Sequence record: OR805295.1
DNA: 64,000 nucleotides
Direction: 5' to 3' (one strand)
The notes beneath the pieces are model-generated. The model was not told the origin of the DNA. It searched no databases and worked only from the letters and a program-made list of their open reading frames with translations. This document shows positions 1 to 9,576 of the stretch, piece by piece. How positions within the stretch are numbered: the stretch's first letter is position 1; every line of letters begins with the position of its first letter. The translations under genes were made by a program, and so were the position numbers.

Positions 1-311
1 ATCATTCTAGCTAAACGTATAATGCTATCCCTACGCTCAGCAGTATCCATAAAGTTTTCTCTAGAATTTAAATCCATTCTGAATGCAAGACTAGTTCCCA
101 GATATGCAAGTAATTCTATAATAGCAATAAATTCAGAGCTTTCTATGTAATCATTAAAATCTTCAGGATAATGGATTTGAACATAATTAACTAACGCAGT
201 CTTTAAGGAATCAAAATCATATGCTTTGAAATCGACGTCCTTGAAACTTTTATATATTTTTCTATAATCTTCCGCTGCGAACAGATTAGATTGTCTTACG
301 TCTTGTGACAT
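1..311 (-). CDS. gp6: Baseplate wedge protein, gp6-like (N-terminal part; runs off window start)
   Basis: Not in ORF track. ATG at 311 translates MSQDVRQSNLFAAEDYRKIYKSFKDVDFKAYDFDSLKTALVNYVQINYPEDFNDYIESSEFIAIIELLAYLGTSLAFRMDLNSRENFMDTAERRDSIIRLARM, typical gp6 N-terminus; directly downstream of gp25. Confidence 0.85.
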   Translation of the reverse strand, partial: MSQDVRQSNLFAAEDYRKIYKSFKDVDFKAYDFDSLKTALVNYVQIHYPEDFNDYIESSEFIAIIELLAYLGTSLAFRMDLNSRENFMDTAERRDSIIRLARM

Positions 312-325
312 GAATTAATTCCTAC

Positions 326-718
326 TTATAATCTATCTATGTTAGAACTATTTTCTTGAGTAAAAATAGCAATAAGCCTTTCTGGTGTTTGGTATGGCAA
401 AAATGTAAGTAATACCTCTATTCTTATTCCGTTGTGAAGTTGTATTACTTTTATATCGTCATCGCTATTTAATTGAACTCTCGGATCAGAACCAATTACG
501 TCCTTGACATCATCTACAACTATTCCTACTGTATATTCGTCTAGGGGATCCATTACATAGTCGTGTATGATACTTCCGAATTCGGGTAACATAACTCGTT
601 CGCCCTTTCTTGTATAGAAATGATTCATTAAATCTACTTTAACTAAATCTATGTCATTTACTTGATACGGTGGCCTAACTTTACCTACCGTAGAAAATCC
701 AATAAACACTTTTGCCAC
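326..718 (-). CDS. gp25: Baseplate wedge subunit gp25 (GPW/gp25 family)
   Basis: Motif DLMNHFYTRKGERVMLPEFGSII...DPRV; baseplate context. Confidence 0.9.
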   Translation of the reverse strand: MAKVFIGFSTVGKVRPPYQVNDIDLVKVDLMNHFYTRKGERVMLPEFGSIIHDYVMDPLDEYTVGIVVDDVKDVIGSDPRVQLNSDDDIKVIQLHNGIRIEVLLTFLPYQTPERLIAIFTQENSSNIDRL

Positions 719-741
719 TTTATTATTCCTGTTTATTTCAA

Positions 742-749
742 TATTTATC
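742..749 (-). promoter_or_regulatory. Putative late promoter GATAAATA for gp25/gp6
   Basis: TATTTATC on + strand, 24 nt upstream of the gp25 start; motif recurs before many structural genes. Confidence 0.65.
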
Positions 750-773
750 TGGATATTTTTCTACATACTTAAC

Positions 774-802
774 TTGACGGATAACAGTAAAATTAGTATA
801 CT
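774..802 (+). promoter_or_regulatory. Sigma70-type promoter
   Basis: TTGACG-17 nt-TATACT upstream of ORF 855. Confidence 0.75.
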
Positions 803-854
803 GTGTACATGTTAAGTAATTCCGCTTAACAGTAACTAAGCAAAGAAAAAGAAA

Positions 855-1097
855 ATGGCAAAAGAAAAAGTAACTTTCCCTATCTATAAATTCAACCGCA
901 TTGCAGAAATGGCTGACAAATATAATTCTAAAACTAAGACACAACGGTTTCAAGTTATGTCTAAGTTTAAAGGAACTCAGCTTATAGAAGTTGGACTGTA
1001 CGATACTAAAGATAAGAAATATGTACTAGTAGATACACGCCATTATACAATGGATGATTGTATAAAAGAAATGGAATCTATGATTTCGGGAAAGTAA
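855..1097 (+). CDS. Hypothetical protein (80 aa)
   Basis: ORF under a sigma70 promoter and followed by a terminator; no recognised motif. Confidence 0.7.
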   Translation: MAKEKVTFPIYKFNRIAEMADKYNSKTKTQRFQVMSKFKGTQLIEVGLYDTKDKKYVLVDTRHYTMDDCIKEMESMISGK

Positions 1098-1111
1098 CTT
1101 AAACAGAAGGG

Positions 1112-1141
1112 AGGGGGTTAAGTAACTAACCCCCTATTTTT
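1112..1141 (+). terminator. Intrinsic terminator
   Basis: AGGGGGTTA-6-TAACCCCCT followed by ATTTTT. Confidence 0.7.
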
Positions 1142-1426
1142 ATGCCCGGAAAATTAAAGTATCATAATAGCTATGACTTTGTATACGGCGTCTATGTTAT
1201 CGCAAAAGATTCCCACAAAGGACAATATGTATGCATAGCTTTATCTGAAGACTTAGACGAAGAATATATATTTAATGAAATCAATTTTTATAGTGTACGC
1301 TATATAAAAGATAATTTCTACGATGTATATTGCAAATTCGATTTATTTACTTTTGCTAGAATGTTGGCAACACATTTAGAATTATTGTACGACAGAAGAT
1401 ACAATTATTTTAATGATGATTTATAA
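1142..1426 (+). CDS. Hypothetical protein (94 aa)
   Basis: ORF fills the gap and converges on the gp5 stop; no recognised motif. Confidence 0.55.
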   Translation: MPGKLKYHNSYDFVYGVYVIAKDSHKGQYVCIALSEDLDEEYIFNEINFYSVRYIKDNFYDVYCKFDLFTFARMLATHLELLYDRRYNYFNDDL

Positions 1427-1433
1427 AGGAGCA

Positions 1434-2867
1434 TTATGCTCCTTTATTTTTGTGCTCAGGACACGGTTCGAATGTATTAAATCTAGATACTATAGTAGTT
1501 ACTCCTGGCTGAGACATTCTATTATATCTATTTGCATCACTAAACTCAGGCAATATATTAGTTTTGCCATTAGTAGTAGGTGTACTTGCTTCAGTAGGAG
1601 AATCAGGTGCCGGCGGCTGCGGACCGTTCATATGTATATTAGCACCTAACTCGATAATATCCCCGCCTGCACTTAATCCATATGTTCCGTTAGTAGCAGT
1701 TGCTATCTGTCCTGCAGCTTGTAAATTATAATTAGAACCTGCTTTTAAAGATATATCAACTCCAGCAGTGTTATGCAAACTGCCTCCTAATTGATTTAGT
1801 AATGTATCTTTTTGCGATTGAATATTTAAATTATTATTAGCTTGTATAAATATATCTCCGCCTTGACCTGTTAGTTCCGGTGCTATGCCTCCGGTAGAAA
1901 CAGTAGTATAATCTTTAGATGCTTTAATGTTTATATTTCTTCCTGCCTCTATATTAATATCTCTATCTGCTCGTATATTGAAATCTTCCATAAAACGTAA
2001 AGATCCGGATTTTGCACCAAACACATCTACGTTACCTGAGTTATCTAATTCTATCCAAGCAGTGCCCAATTTATTAATTATATAAATTATTCCATTAGTT
2101 TCATCTAATCTTATTTGAGCACCAGATCTAGTTCTTAATGTGATATGTTCGGATGTGGGTGCATCATCCATGACGAACTGATGGCCGCCATGCCTTCTTA
2201 CATTTGCACCGTCTATTACTGGACCTGGGGTAAGAATACCGAATACCTGGCTAGGTGCTTCCCTGCGTGCAGATGATGAAGATACACCCCGTATATTATC
2301 GTTAATAAGCCCTTGCGTTTTTAATCCTTGGGCAAGACTAGCAACAGGTTTATTAATAGTTTGTGCATTTACTTTTTCTAGTGTGTTTTTATTATATTCA
2401 CCTACAGGTAAAGATTTTCCTGCTGTCTCATAATTATTAACACTGCCAGCAACTGCAGGAATCATATGATTCATCTGTTGTTGCCATATGCATCCAAACC
2501 AAAATCCCTTTGCAGGGTCGCCGTTAGCAAACATTACAGCTACCTGATTTTCAAGATCTGGCGGAACTGCCCACATACCGTAAGATGTTTGTGTTTCGTG
2601 GAATGCAGATACATCTTGTGAGCCGCCGATTGTCATAGGATTAGTTGCGCCAGCAAATGGCGAACAGTATCCAACTAACAACCAACCAGATTCATCGCTC
2701 GGATCAGTACCAAATTCCGGTACCCAAACCCTAAGTCTTCCCATTCTGTTGCTATCGACATTATCTTTGACAAACCCAATATACATTCCGTAATATTTTT
2801 GTGCTCTGCCTGTCGGTGTTTTGCTAGCAGACGGATTTACACCTACTGTTCTAGAATATGTACTCAT
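1434..2867 (-). CDS. gp5: Baseplate central spike, gp5/VgrG-like (OB-fold plus beta-helix, no lysozyme domain)
   Basis: N-terminal GFVKDNVDSNRMGRLRVWVPE OB-fold, GHQFVMDD / LRTRSGAQI motifs, beta-helix repeats; baseplate context. Confidence 0.85.
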   Translation of the reverse strand: MSTYSRTVGVNPSASKTPTGRAQKYYGMYIGFVKDNVDSNRMGRLRVWVPEFGTDPSDESGWLLVGYCSPFAGATNPMTIGGSQDVSAFHETQTSYGMWAVPPDLENQVAVMFANGDPAKGFWFGCIWQQQMNHMIPAVAGSVNNYETAGKSLPVGEYNKNTLEKVNAQTINKPVASLAQGLKTQGLINDNIRGVSSSSARREAPSQVFGILTPGPVIDGANVRRHGGHQFVMDDAPTSEHITLRTRSGAQIRLDETNGIIYIINKLGTAWIELDNSGNVDVFGAKSGSLRFMEDFNIRADRDINIEAGRNINIKASKDYTTVSTGGIAPELTGQGGDIFIQANNNLNIQSQKDTLLNQLGGSLHNTAGVDISLKAGSNYNLQAAGQIATATNGTYGLSAGGDIIELGANIHMNGPQPPAPDSPTEASTPTTNGKTNILPEFSDANRYNRMSQPGVTTIVSRFNTFEPCPEHKNKGA

Positions 2868-4891
2868 TATTGATTAAACCTTTGGATGTCTATGTCTGTT
2901 ATATCAGTTAATTTATCTCTTACTGCTTGCAATTCTTGGCGGAATATGCCTTTGGAAAAAACATGCTTCACTACTATAACTTGATATATGCCATTTATAA
3001 TAGTATTTTGTTTCATGGAAGATGTTACTGTTCCTTCTATATAATTTAAATTAGGAGTCTGACTAGTAAACAAAAAGAATACCTGAGACGAAGTAGGATT
3101 AACATAAGATGTATTTGTACTGTTTATCCTATCCTCTACTGTACTTATTTTATTAGTTGTGGGCGGACCTAGCCAATAAGGATCTCCTTTTATAGATAAA
3201 TCTATTTTAAGCAATTCGGCATTATCATCATACATTATTTGAGAAAATAATGAAGATAAAAAAGATTTACCTGCATGATAGTTGTCTTCTACACCTATAT
3301 CATCATTTGAAGTATCTGGGGTTTCTATAGTTGTAATAGGAAGTTTACTTAATGAATCTGCAGTAGCATCTTCTATAAATTGTATGGCATTTTGCCTTAC
3401 TTCAGTTTCTTGATCTGTGTCGGGATCTGCATTTGTATTTTCTCTAATCCTTGCTTGCCTTCCTTTTGACACTAGAGACGATTGTTCTGTATTTGTATCT
3501 ACAGTAGATACATTTCTAGGATCCTGGCGATCTGTACCAGGAGTAACTGTTGAATTAAATTTGCTTTTCACAGATGCACTTGTTGACATCTTCTGTTTTA
3601 ATAATAACTGATCAGGAGACATTCTTCTACCTGGATCAACAGATGTATAGGTATCTACTGTTCCTGTTTGCCTAGGTAGCGTAGCATACCACATGAAATT
3701 AAATTTCAAATTAAAATCTAATATTTGATCATTTAATCCAGTAAATAGATAATTATAATGCTTTCTTAGAACACTTCTACCTAAATATTCATTAAATCTG
3801 TTTTCTGAAGACTCGGGTGTAACTCTAGATTCATCCTTCGATGCAACTATTGTCATTGTATCGTACGGTACGATAACATACCTAAAATTCCTAGCATAAT
3901 CCCCTCTTCCTGGGTCATATTCTAGCGTGTCTACTTGAGACAAAACCCTATATAATTTTTTAACCATAGACCTATTCGGATCTGGATTAAATTGGGGGTG
4001 AGCCGGAACATCCGAACCTGCAATTTCCTTTTCAATAACTTCTGTAGAATTTATTATAGTTTCAATTATATACTGAATACTAGTATTATCATAAAATTGA
4101 ACAGTAGTTACTGAGTTATCATCCACTACATAGTCAGATAATCTGTCAATTGTTTGGTCGGAATTAGATATTTTTAACGGAGCATTTATTAATCTCTCAT
4201 CCGAAATTATTATTTCGTACTTATCTGGCTTCAATTGTTTATTAGATGCTCGCTGTGGCTGTCTATCATTGAGTGATTGTTTTAATTTTTCTAACATTTC
4301 GCCTACAGTTTTGCCAGAAAGAGATATACCTTGTTGCATATCGCCGTATTGGTTTGTATATCCTAGTTCACTGTATACTGCTCCTACAAAATCATAAGTT
4401 GTACCCGATCCTGTAACAACCATATCCATTTTAGTTATAGTAATAGGAAATACCCATTTTGCCTTCATAACAGACGGCAACGAAGAAGTTGTTGTTCTAC
4501 CTTTAAAAGTCAATTCCATAAAATATGGTGCTTTTAAGTAATTATCTATACCTAAACTAACAGCAGATGCATATAACTGATCTAACATACTACTGCCATG
4601 AGGTTCTTGAATTTTAAAAGATAATGTTGTAGACTCACCCGTGCCGGTTTCTACTGTCATTCCAGGAACAGTTGTTAATATGAAGTCATCTATACCTAAT
4701 CCAGTAACACCCGATTCTGCAATTGTTATTTGCCTGGACCTGTCTAATACATTATTGTTTACTATATCTTCTATAGAGCACATATATAGTCGCAAATGAT
4801 AAGTAGTGCTAGTTATAGAATCTAATGGATTAGGTAAAAACGGATACATATTTGTATCCGTATTAGTAGGAGTAGGTTTGTTTAATGACAT
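2867..4891 (-). CDS. Baseplate hub protein (gp27-like, putative)
   Basis: Between gp53 and gp5; C-terminal IKGDPYWLG...GIYQVIVVKHVFSKGIFRQEL hub-like motif. Confidence 0.6.
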   Translation of the reverse strand: MSLNKPTPTNTDTNMYPFLPNPLDSITSTTYHLRLYMCSIEDIVNNNVLDRSRQITIAESGVTGLGIDDFILTTVPGMTVETGTGESTTLSFKIQEPHGSSMLDQLYASAVSLGIDNYLKAPYFMELTFKGRTTTSSLPSVMKAKWVFPITITKMDMVVTGSGTTYDFVGAVYSELGYTNQYGDMQQGISLSGKTVGEMLEKLKQSLNDRQPQRASNKQLKPDKYEIIISDERLINAPLKISNSDQTIDRLSDYVVDDNSVTTVQFYDNTSIQYIIETIINSTEVIEKEIAGSDVPAHPQFNPDPNRSMVKKLYRVLSQVDTLEYDPGRGDYARNFRYVIVPYDTMTIVASKDESRVTPESSENRFNEYLGRSVLRKHYNYLFTGLNDQILDFNLKFNFMWYATLPRQTGTVDTYTSVDPGRRMSPDQLLLKQKMSTSASVKSKFNSTVTPGTDRQDPRNVSTVDTNTEQSSLVSKGRQARIRENTNADPDTDQETEVRQNAIQFIEDATADSLSKLPITTIETPDTSNDDIGVEDNYHAGKSFLSSLFSQIMYDDNAELLKIDLSIKGDPYWLGPPTTNKISTVEDRINSTNTSYVNPTSSQVFFLFTSQTPNLNYIEGTVTSSMKQNTIINGIYQVIVVKHVFSKGIFRQELQAVRDKLTDITDIDIQRFNQ

Positions 4892-5190
4892 TAAATTATA
4901 CCTTCTAACGATTCTATAGTGGGTGCATATATAGATTTTCCTGCAGTAAAATCGTATATAGGATCGATTAATTCATCCATATTTCTTACCGCAAATACCC
5001 ACCAAAGTTCTTCTGTTCCGTATAAATCATACGAAAGCAAATCAGGTCTTTGATCATATTTAGGTGCAATAACAATTAATTCATCAGTTATATTAGGTAA
5101 TATTTTCCTAGGAACCCATAAATCTAAATAAAAATCTTTTATAGGTGTATCATAATATCGGCTTTTCGTAGAAGAAATGTTATTTGCCAT
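4891..5190 (-). CDS. gp53: Baseplate wedge protein gp53-like (LysM-like)
   Basis: YDQRPDLLSYDLYGTEELWWVFAVRN motif. Confidence 0.85.
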   Translation of the reverse strand: MANNISSTKSRYYDTPIKDFYLDLWVPRKILPNITDELIVIAPKYDQRPDLLSYDLYGTEELWWVFAVRNMDELIDPIYDFTAGKSIYAPTIESLEGII

Positions 5191-5825
5191 TATATAAATC
5201 CTTTATTATTCTTCAGTAACTCACCTGTCCTAAATTTACTTAGATCAAATGTCTGTCTAACCTCTTGGGGGTTATATTGAGGTTCTAACGTTATCGTCAT
5301 AGTTAATTGAGTAGGAACATCTGTATTTTCACTTATGTTGTTAAATCTTACAGGGACATAATCTACTTTGTTGTCTAAAATAATACTGAAATTTTTAACA
5401 ACTACTGGCACATTTTTGAACATGTATGTTCCTAAGTAATTAAATGATAAAATAGGCGGCGGTGTGCCTGCTCTTACTAAATCTGTTTGTCCAAAGTAAT
5501 TTTTTGTTACTGTTCGCATAAAATGCATTGCTGCTAATGTATACCTTGCCTCTACATCTGTTTGTGATGTAAATATTGCTTCTACTGATATAGGCTGAGG
5601 TGCAGATTTAACATATGCAAGGTATTTGTAGTTAGTATGAGTAAAATGAAAGGATTCATCGTATTCTGCATCTGCTGCTAATGTAACTATCGGTCTGAAC
5701 GGAAATATCAAACCGCCTGTCTTTTTTAGAGGTGCAAGAATGTTAACAAGCTGGTCGTTACTTTCTCCAAATAAATCATTTGCAGCTAACGCATTCTTTG
5801 GTTTTAAAATTGCTCTACTATCCAC
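5190..5825 (-). CDS. Baseplate / tail tube initiator (gp48/gp54-like, putative)
   Basis: GGLIFPFRP, PPPILSFNYLG..MFKNVPVVV..FS motifs of tube-initiator-type proteins; first gene of baseplate operon (GTG start). Confidence 0.55.
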   Translation of the reverse strand: MDSRAILKPKNALAANDLFGESNDQLVNILAPLKKTGGLIFPFRPIVTLAADAEYDESFHFTHTNYKYLAYVKSAPQPISVEAIFTSQTDVEARYTLAAMHFMRTVTKNYFGQTDLVRAGTPPPILSFNYLGTYMFKNVPVVVKNFSIILDNKVDYVPVRFNNISENTDVPTQLTMTITLEPQYNPQEVRQTFDLSKFRTGELLKNNKGFI

Positions 5826-5845
5826 GATATATAATCTCTTTTATA

Positions 5846-5853
5846 TATTTATC
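5846..5853 (-). promoter_or_regulatory. Putative late promoter GATAAATA for baseplate operon
   Basis: TATTTATC on +, 21 nt upstream of the GTG at 5825. Confidence 0.7.
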
Positions 5854-5874
5854 AGTAGGTTTATATGCTAATAT

Positions 5875-5903
5875 TTGACTTTGAAAATATTTTGTTGTAA
5901 AAT
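5875..5903 (+). promoter_or_regulatory. Sigma70-type promoter for gp55-gp47-gp46
   Basis: TTGACT-17 nt-TAAAAT. Confidence 0.75.
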
Positions 5904-5927
5904 AATAATAAAAAGCATGGATGCACA

Positions 5928-6770
5928 ATGAATACAAAAATTGTAGTTAATTATATTAATAATAAAGAAATGTTAAAGGAAATACATCGTAGTAAAAATT
6001 CATTCTGCGAATATATTTCCCCAGAGTATAAAGATTACGATATTATCTTTACTTCAAAAGAAGACTGTCTGAAACAAGAAAATATAAACGCAGCAATACT
6101 TAAACGAGCAGAGCGTTTAACTCAAGTACAGATAGATGAATATGCATTAAGAACAAATACTAGTTCTAAAAAAGCAAAAGCATCTATAACCCAAGTAGAT
6201 CCTGCAACAATAAATAAACATGATGTTGTTTTTCGTGTTATAACATACGAACATATTCCAGAAGATCATGATAGGAAAAAGACAAAAAAATCAATTAAAG
6301 ACTATCATGTTAAGTTAAATTTTACTCCTTTTAAACATTTTATTATAGACGAAAATAATAACTTAGTAGAAGTAGGCAGAAGTCACAGCAAAAAAGGAGA
6401 GTTTTGCTTAACTGGAGGATCTATATCAGATAGATTAGCAAAAATGTTTATGTTGTTAATTGACAAATTCGGTCAAAAAAGCAACTGGCGTGGATATTCA
6501 TATCTAGATGAAATGAAGGGACAAGCTTTACTTCAGTTAGCGTCTATGGGGTTGCAATTCGACGAACATTTAAGCGATAATCCCTTTGCATATTACACTT
6601 CGTCTATAAACAATTCTTTTACTAGGGTATTCAACATAGAAAAACGTAATCAAATAATCAGGGACGATTTATTACAAAATATGGGACAAAATCCTAGCCT
6701 TACTAGACAATTAGAACACGATGAGCAAATTCGGTTGCTCAGAGAATTAAATGATTCTAAAGATGATTAA
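5928..6770 (+). CDS. gp55: Late-transcription sigma factor, gp55-like
   Basis: VNYINNKEML, NWRGYSYLDEMKGQAL, FDEHLSDNPFAYYT motifs; upstream of gp47/46 as in T4. Confidence 0.85.
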   Translation: MNTKIVVNYINNKEMLKEIHRSKNSFCEYISPEYKDYDIIFTSKEDCLKQENINAAILKRAERLTQVQIDEYALRTNTSSKKAKASITQVDPATINKHDVVFRVITYEHIPEDHDRKKTKKSIKDYHVKLNFTPFKHFIIDENNNLVEVGRSHSKKGEFCLTGGSISDRLAKMFMLLIDKFGQKSNWRGYSYLDEMKGQALLQLASMGLQFDEHLSDNPFAYYTSSINNSFTRVFNIEKRNQIIRDDLLQNMGQNPSLTRQLEHDEQIRLLRELNDSKDD

Positions 6771-6781
6771 AAGGATTTAAA

Positions 6782-7795
6782 GTGGGTAATTTATTTAAGA
6801 AAGTTGCATGTTTTAGTGATATTCACTTCGGATTGCATCATAACTCTAAAATTCACAATCAAGACTGTGAAGATTTCATTAAGTGGTTTTGTAAAACTGC
6901 TAAAGAAAAAAATGCAGAAACATGTATATTTTTAGGCGATTGGCATCATACAAGAAACACCATTAATGTATCTACGCTAAACTACACTATGTCTAGTTTA
7001 GAACTACTAAACGATACGTTCGAAAAAGTATATTTTATCACTGGCAATCATGACCTTATGTATAGAGAAAAAAGAGAAGTACATTCTATTCCGATGGGTC
7101 ACAAATATCCTAATATAGTTATGATAGAAGATCCGTTCGAACAAGGAGATGTATCTATTCTACCGTGGTTAGTAGGAGATGAATGGAAAGATGTTCCTAA
7201 AATAAAAGCAAAATATTTGTTCGGGCATTTAGAAATTCCAGGATTTAAACTAAATGCAATGGTAGAAATGCCAGATGTAGGAGAAATAAAATCCGAACAT
7301 TTTGTTAATCAAACATATGTATTTTCTGGACATTTTCATAAGAGACAAGTAAATGGAAAAATTAATTATATCGGCAATCCATTTGGTCACAACTATTCTG
7401 ATGTATGGGATTTTGATAGGGGTGCAATGTTTTTAGAATGGGGAGGGGAGCCTGAATATGTTAATTACGAAGACGGACCTAGATTCATATCCACTACATT
7501 GAAACAAATACTAGAAAATCCAGATTATTATCTTAAGCCAAAAACTCACGTAAAAGCAACTATAGATGTAGATATAACATACGAAGAAGCCAATTTCTTA
7601 CGTGAAACATTCTTGTCTTCATATAAAGTTAGAGAATTTAAATTATTACAGTCTAAATATAGCGAACACGAAATAGAAAGTGATACTGAAACTGAATTCG
7701 AAACTGTAGATGAAATTGTTATTTCCGAACTAACTAATATCCAAAGTGATAACTTTGATAAAAACATACTTATAAGCATTTACACAAACCTATAA
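6782..7795 (+). CDS. gp47: Recombination endonuclease subunit gp47 (Mre11/SbcD-like)
   Basis: Metallophosphoesterase motifs SDIHFG, LGDWHH, GNHD, GHLE, SGHFH. Confidence 0.93.
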   Translation: MGNLFKKVACFSDIHFGLHHNSKIHNQDCEDFIKWFCKTAKEKNAETCIFLGDWHHTRNTINVSTLNYTMSSLELLNDTFEKVYFITGNHDLMYREKREVHSIPMGHKYPNIVMIEDPFEQGDVSILPWLVGDEWKDVPKIKAKYLFGHLEIPGFKLNAMVEMPDVGEIKSEHFVNQTYVFSGHFHKRQVNGKINYIGNPFGHNYSDVWDFDRGAMFLEWGGEPEYVNYEDGPRFISTTLKQILENPDYYLKPKTHVKATIDVDITYEEANFLRETFLSSYKVREFKLLQSKYSEHEIESDTETEFETVDEIVISELTNIQSDNFDKNILISIYTNL

Positions 7796-9549
7796 TGTTA
7801 AAATTTAAATCTATATCAATGCGAAATTTTATGTCTGTCGGTAATAATACACAGACTATATTGCTAGACGAAAACGATCTAACATTAGTTTTAGGAGAAA
7901 ATTTAGATCTCGGTGGCAATGACAGTAAAAACGGAACCGGTAAGACTGCAAAATTAAATGCACTTTCATACGCACTCTTTGGTACAGCATTAACTAATAT
8001 AAGAAAAGAAAATCTAATTAATAAAACAAATGAAAAAAATATGTATGTTAAATTAGAATTTTCGTTGAATAATAAAGAATACAAAATAGAAAGGGGAAGA
8101 AAACCCAATATATTTAAAGTTATAATCAACAACAAAGAATTAGAAACAGACGAAACTGACGAAGCGCAAGGCGACAGCAGACAAACACAACTTGCATTAG
8201 AAAAGGAATTAGGTTTTAGTCATAATATGTTTAAAAACATAATTGCACTAAACACTTATTCCACTCCTTTTCTCTCTATGAAAACTACCGAACAAAGAGA
8301 ATTAATAGAACAACTGCTAGGCATAACTAAACTAAGTGAAAAAGCAGATATTCTAAAAAATTTAGTTAAAGATACTAAAGATAGAATTAAAGAAGAAGAA
8401 TTTAGAATTAAAGCAATCCAAGAAGCAAATAAAAGCATAGAACAAAACATTGCTTCTATGGAACTTAGAAGCAAAGCCTGGGATAAAAGACATTTAGATA
8501 CTTTACAAGAATACAGAGAATCGCTAGAGCATCTAAATAAAATAGATATAGATACTGAAATAGAAATGCATAAAGTTTTAAAAGAGATTTCTATTAAAGA
8601 AAGAGAAAAAAATGATATTTTAAAAGAATATAATATTGTAGAACGAGAAATACAGTCATTATCTACAACAGTATCTCACCTTTCGTCACAATTACTAAAA
8701 ACTACAGAACACAACGAATGTCCTACATGCGGACAAGAATTAAATGATAGTCATACTTCATTAACTGAATCTTTAAAATTAAAGTTAGAATCTGCAACTA
8801 ATTCACTTAAAGAAAAAGAAAATGAAAAAGAATTAATTTTAAATACATTGAATTCTATTTTTATACCGGAAAAACCATCTACGTTTTATTCGTCTTTAGA
8901 TGATGTTTATAATCATAAAACTATGATTAATACACTAGAGCATTCTATAGAAAAAGAAGAAATGCTAACTAACCCTCACGTAGAAAATGTTTCTATTTTA
9001 CGGGATAGTATAAAACCAGTGGATTTCGAAACTATTAATACGTTAGTTTCGCTGCGAGATCATCAAGAATTTTTATTAAAACTACTAACTTCAAAAGACA
9101 GTTTTATAAGAAAAAAGATTATAGATCAAAATTTATCTTATCTAAATACAAGACTTGCACACTACTTAATAAAAATAGGATTGCCACATGAAGTAAAATT
9201 TATGTCTGACCTAGAAGTTCAGATTACAGAACACGGCAGAGAATTAGATTTTGATAATTTAAGTAGAGGTGAACGCACCCGTTTAATTCTTTCACTAAGT
9301 TGGGCATTCAGGGATGTATTTGAAAGTCTTAACTATAAAATAAATCTGCTGTATATAGACGAATTAATAGACAATGGATTAGATACCAGAGGTGTAGAAT
9401 CTGCTTTAAGCATTCTAAAACAAATGTCAAGGGATTCTAGCAGAAAAGTATTTTTAGTGTCACACAGAGAAGAATTAATTGGACGAGTTGATGTTCAACT
9501 AAAAGCAGTAAAAGAAGGTGGATTTACTTCCTATACAATTGAAGGATAA
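7795..9549 (+). CDS. gp46: Recombination ATPase subunit gp46 (Rad50/SbcC-like)
   Basis: Walker A GENLD..NGTGKT, zinc hook CPTCGQ, signature LSRGE, Walker B LYIDE, H-loop VSH. Confidence 0.95.
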   Translation: MLKFKSISMRNFMSVGNNTQTILLDENDLTLVLGENLDLGGNDSKNGTGKTAKLNALSYALFGTALTNIRKENLINKTNEKNMYVKLEFSLNNKEYKIERGRKPNIFKVIINNKELETDETDEAQGDSRQTQLALEKELGFSHNMFKNIIALNTYSTPFLSMKTTEQRELIEQLLGITKLSEKADILKNLVKDTKDRIKEEEFRIKAIQEANKSIEQNIASMELRSKAWDKRHLDTLQEYRESLEHLNKIDIDTEIEMHKVLKEISIKEREKNDILKEYNIVEREIQSLSTTVSHLSSQLLKTTEHNECPTCGQELNDSHTSLTESLKLKLESATNSLKEKENEKELILNTLNSIFIPEKPSTFYSSLDDVYNHKTMINTLEHSIEKEEMLTNPHVENVSILRDSIKPVDFETINTLVSLRDHQEFLLKLLTSKDSFIRKKIIDQNLSYLNTRLAHYLIKIGLPHEVKFMSDLEVQITEHGRELDFDNLSRGERTRLILSLSWAFRDVFESLNYKINLLYIDELIDNGLDTRGVESALSILKQMSRDSSRKVFLVSHREELIGRVDVQLKAVKEGGFTSYTIEG

Positions 9550-9550
9550 T

Positions 9551-9576
9551 AAAAAAGAGGCTTAAGCCTCTTTTTT
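9551..9576. terminator. Bidirectional intrinsic terminator
   Basis: AAAAAAGAGGC-TTAA-GCCTCTTTTTT between convergent genes. Confidence 0.85.
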
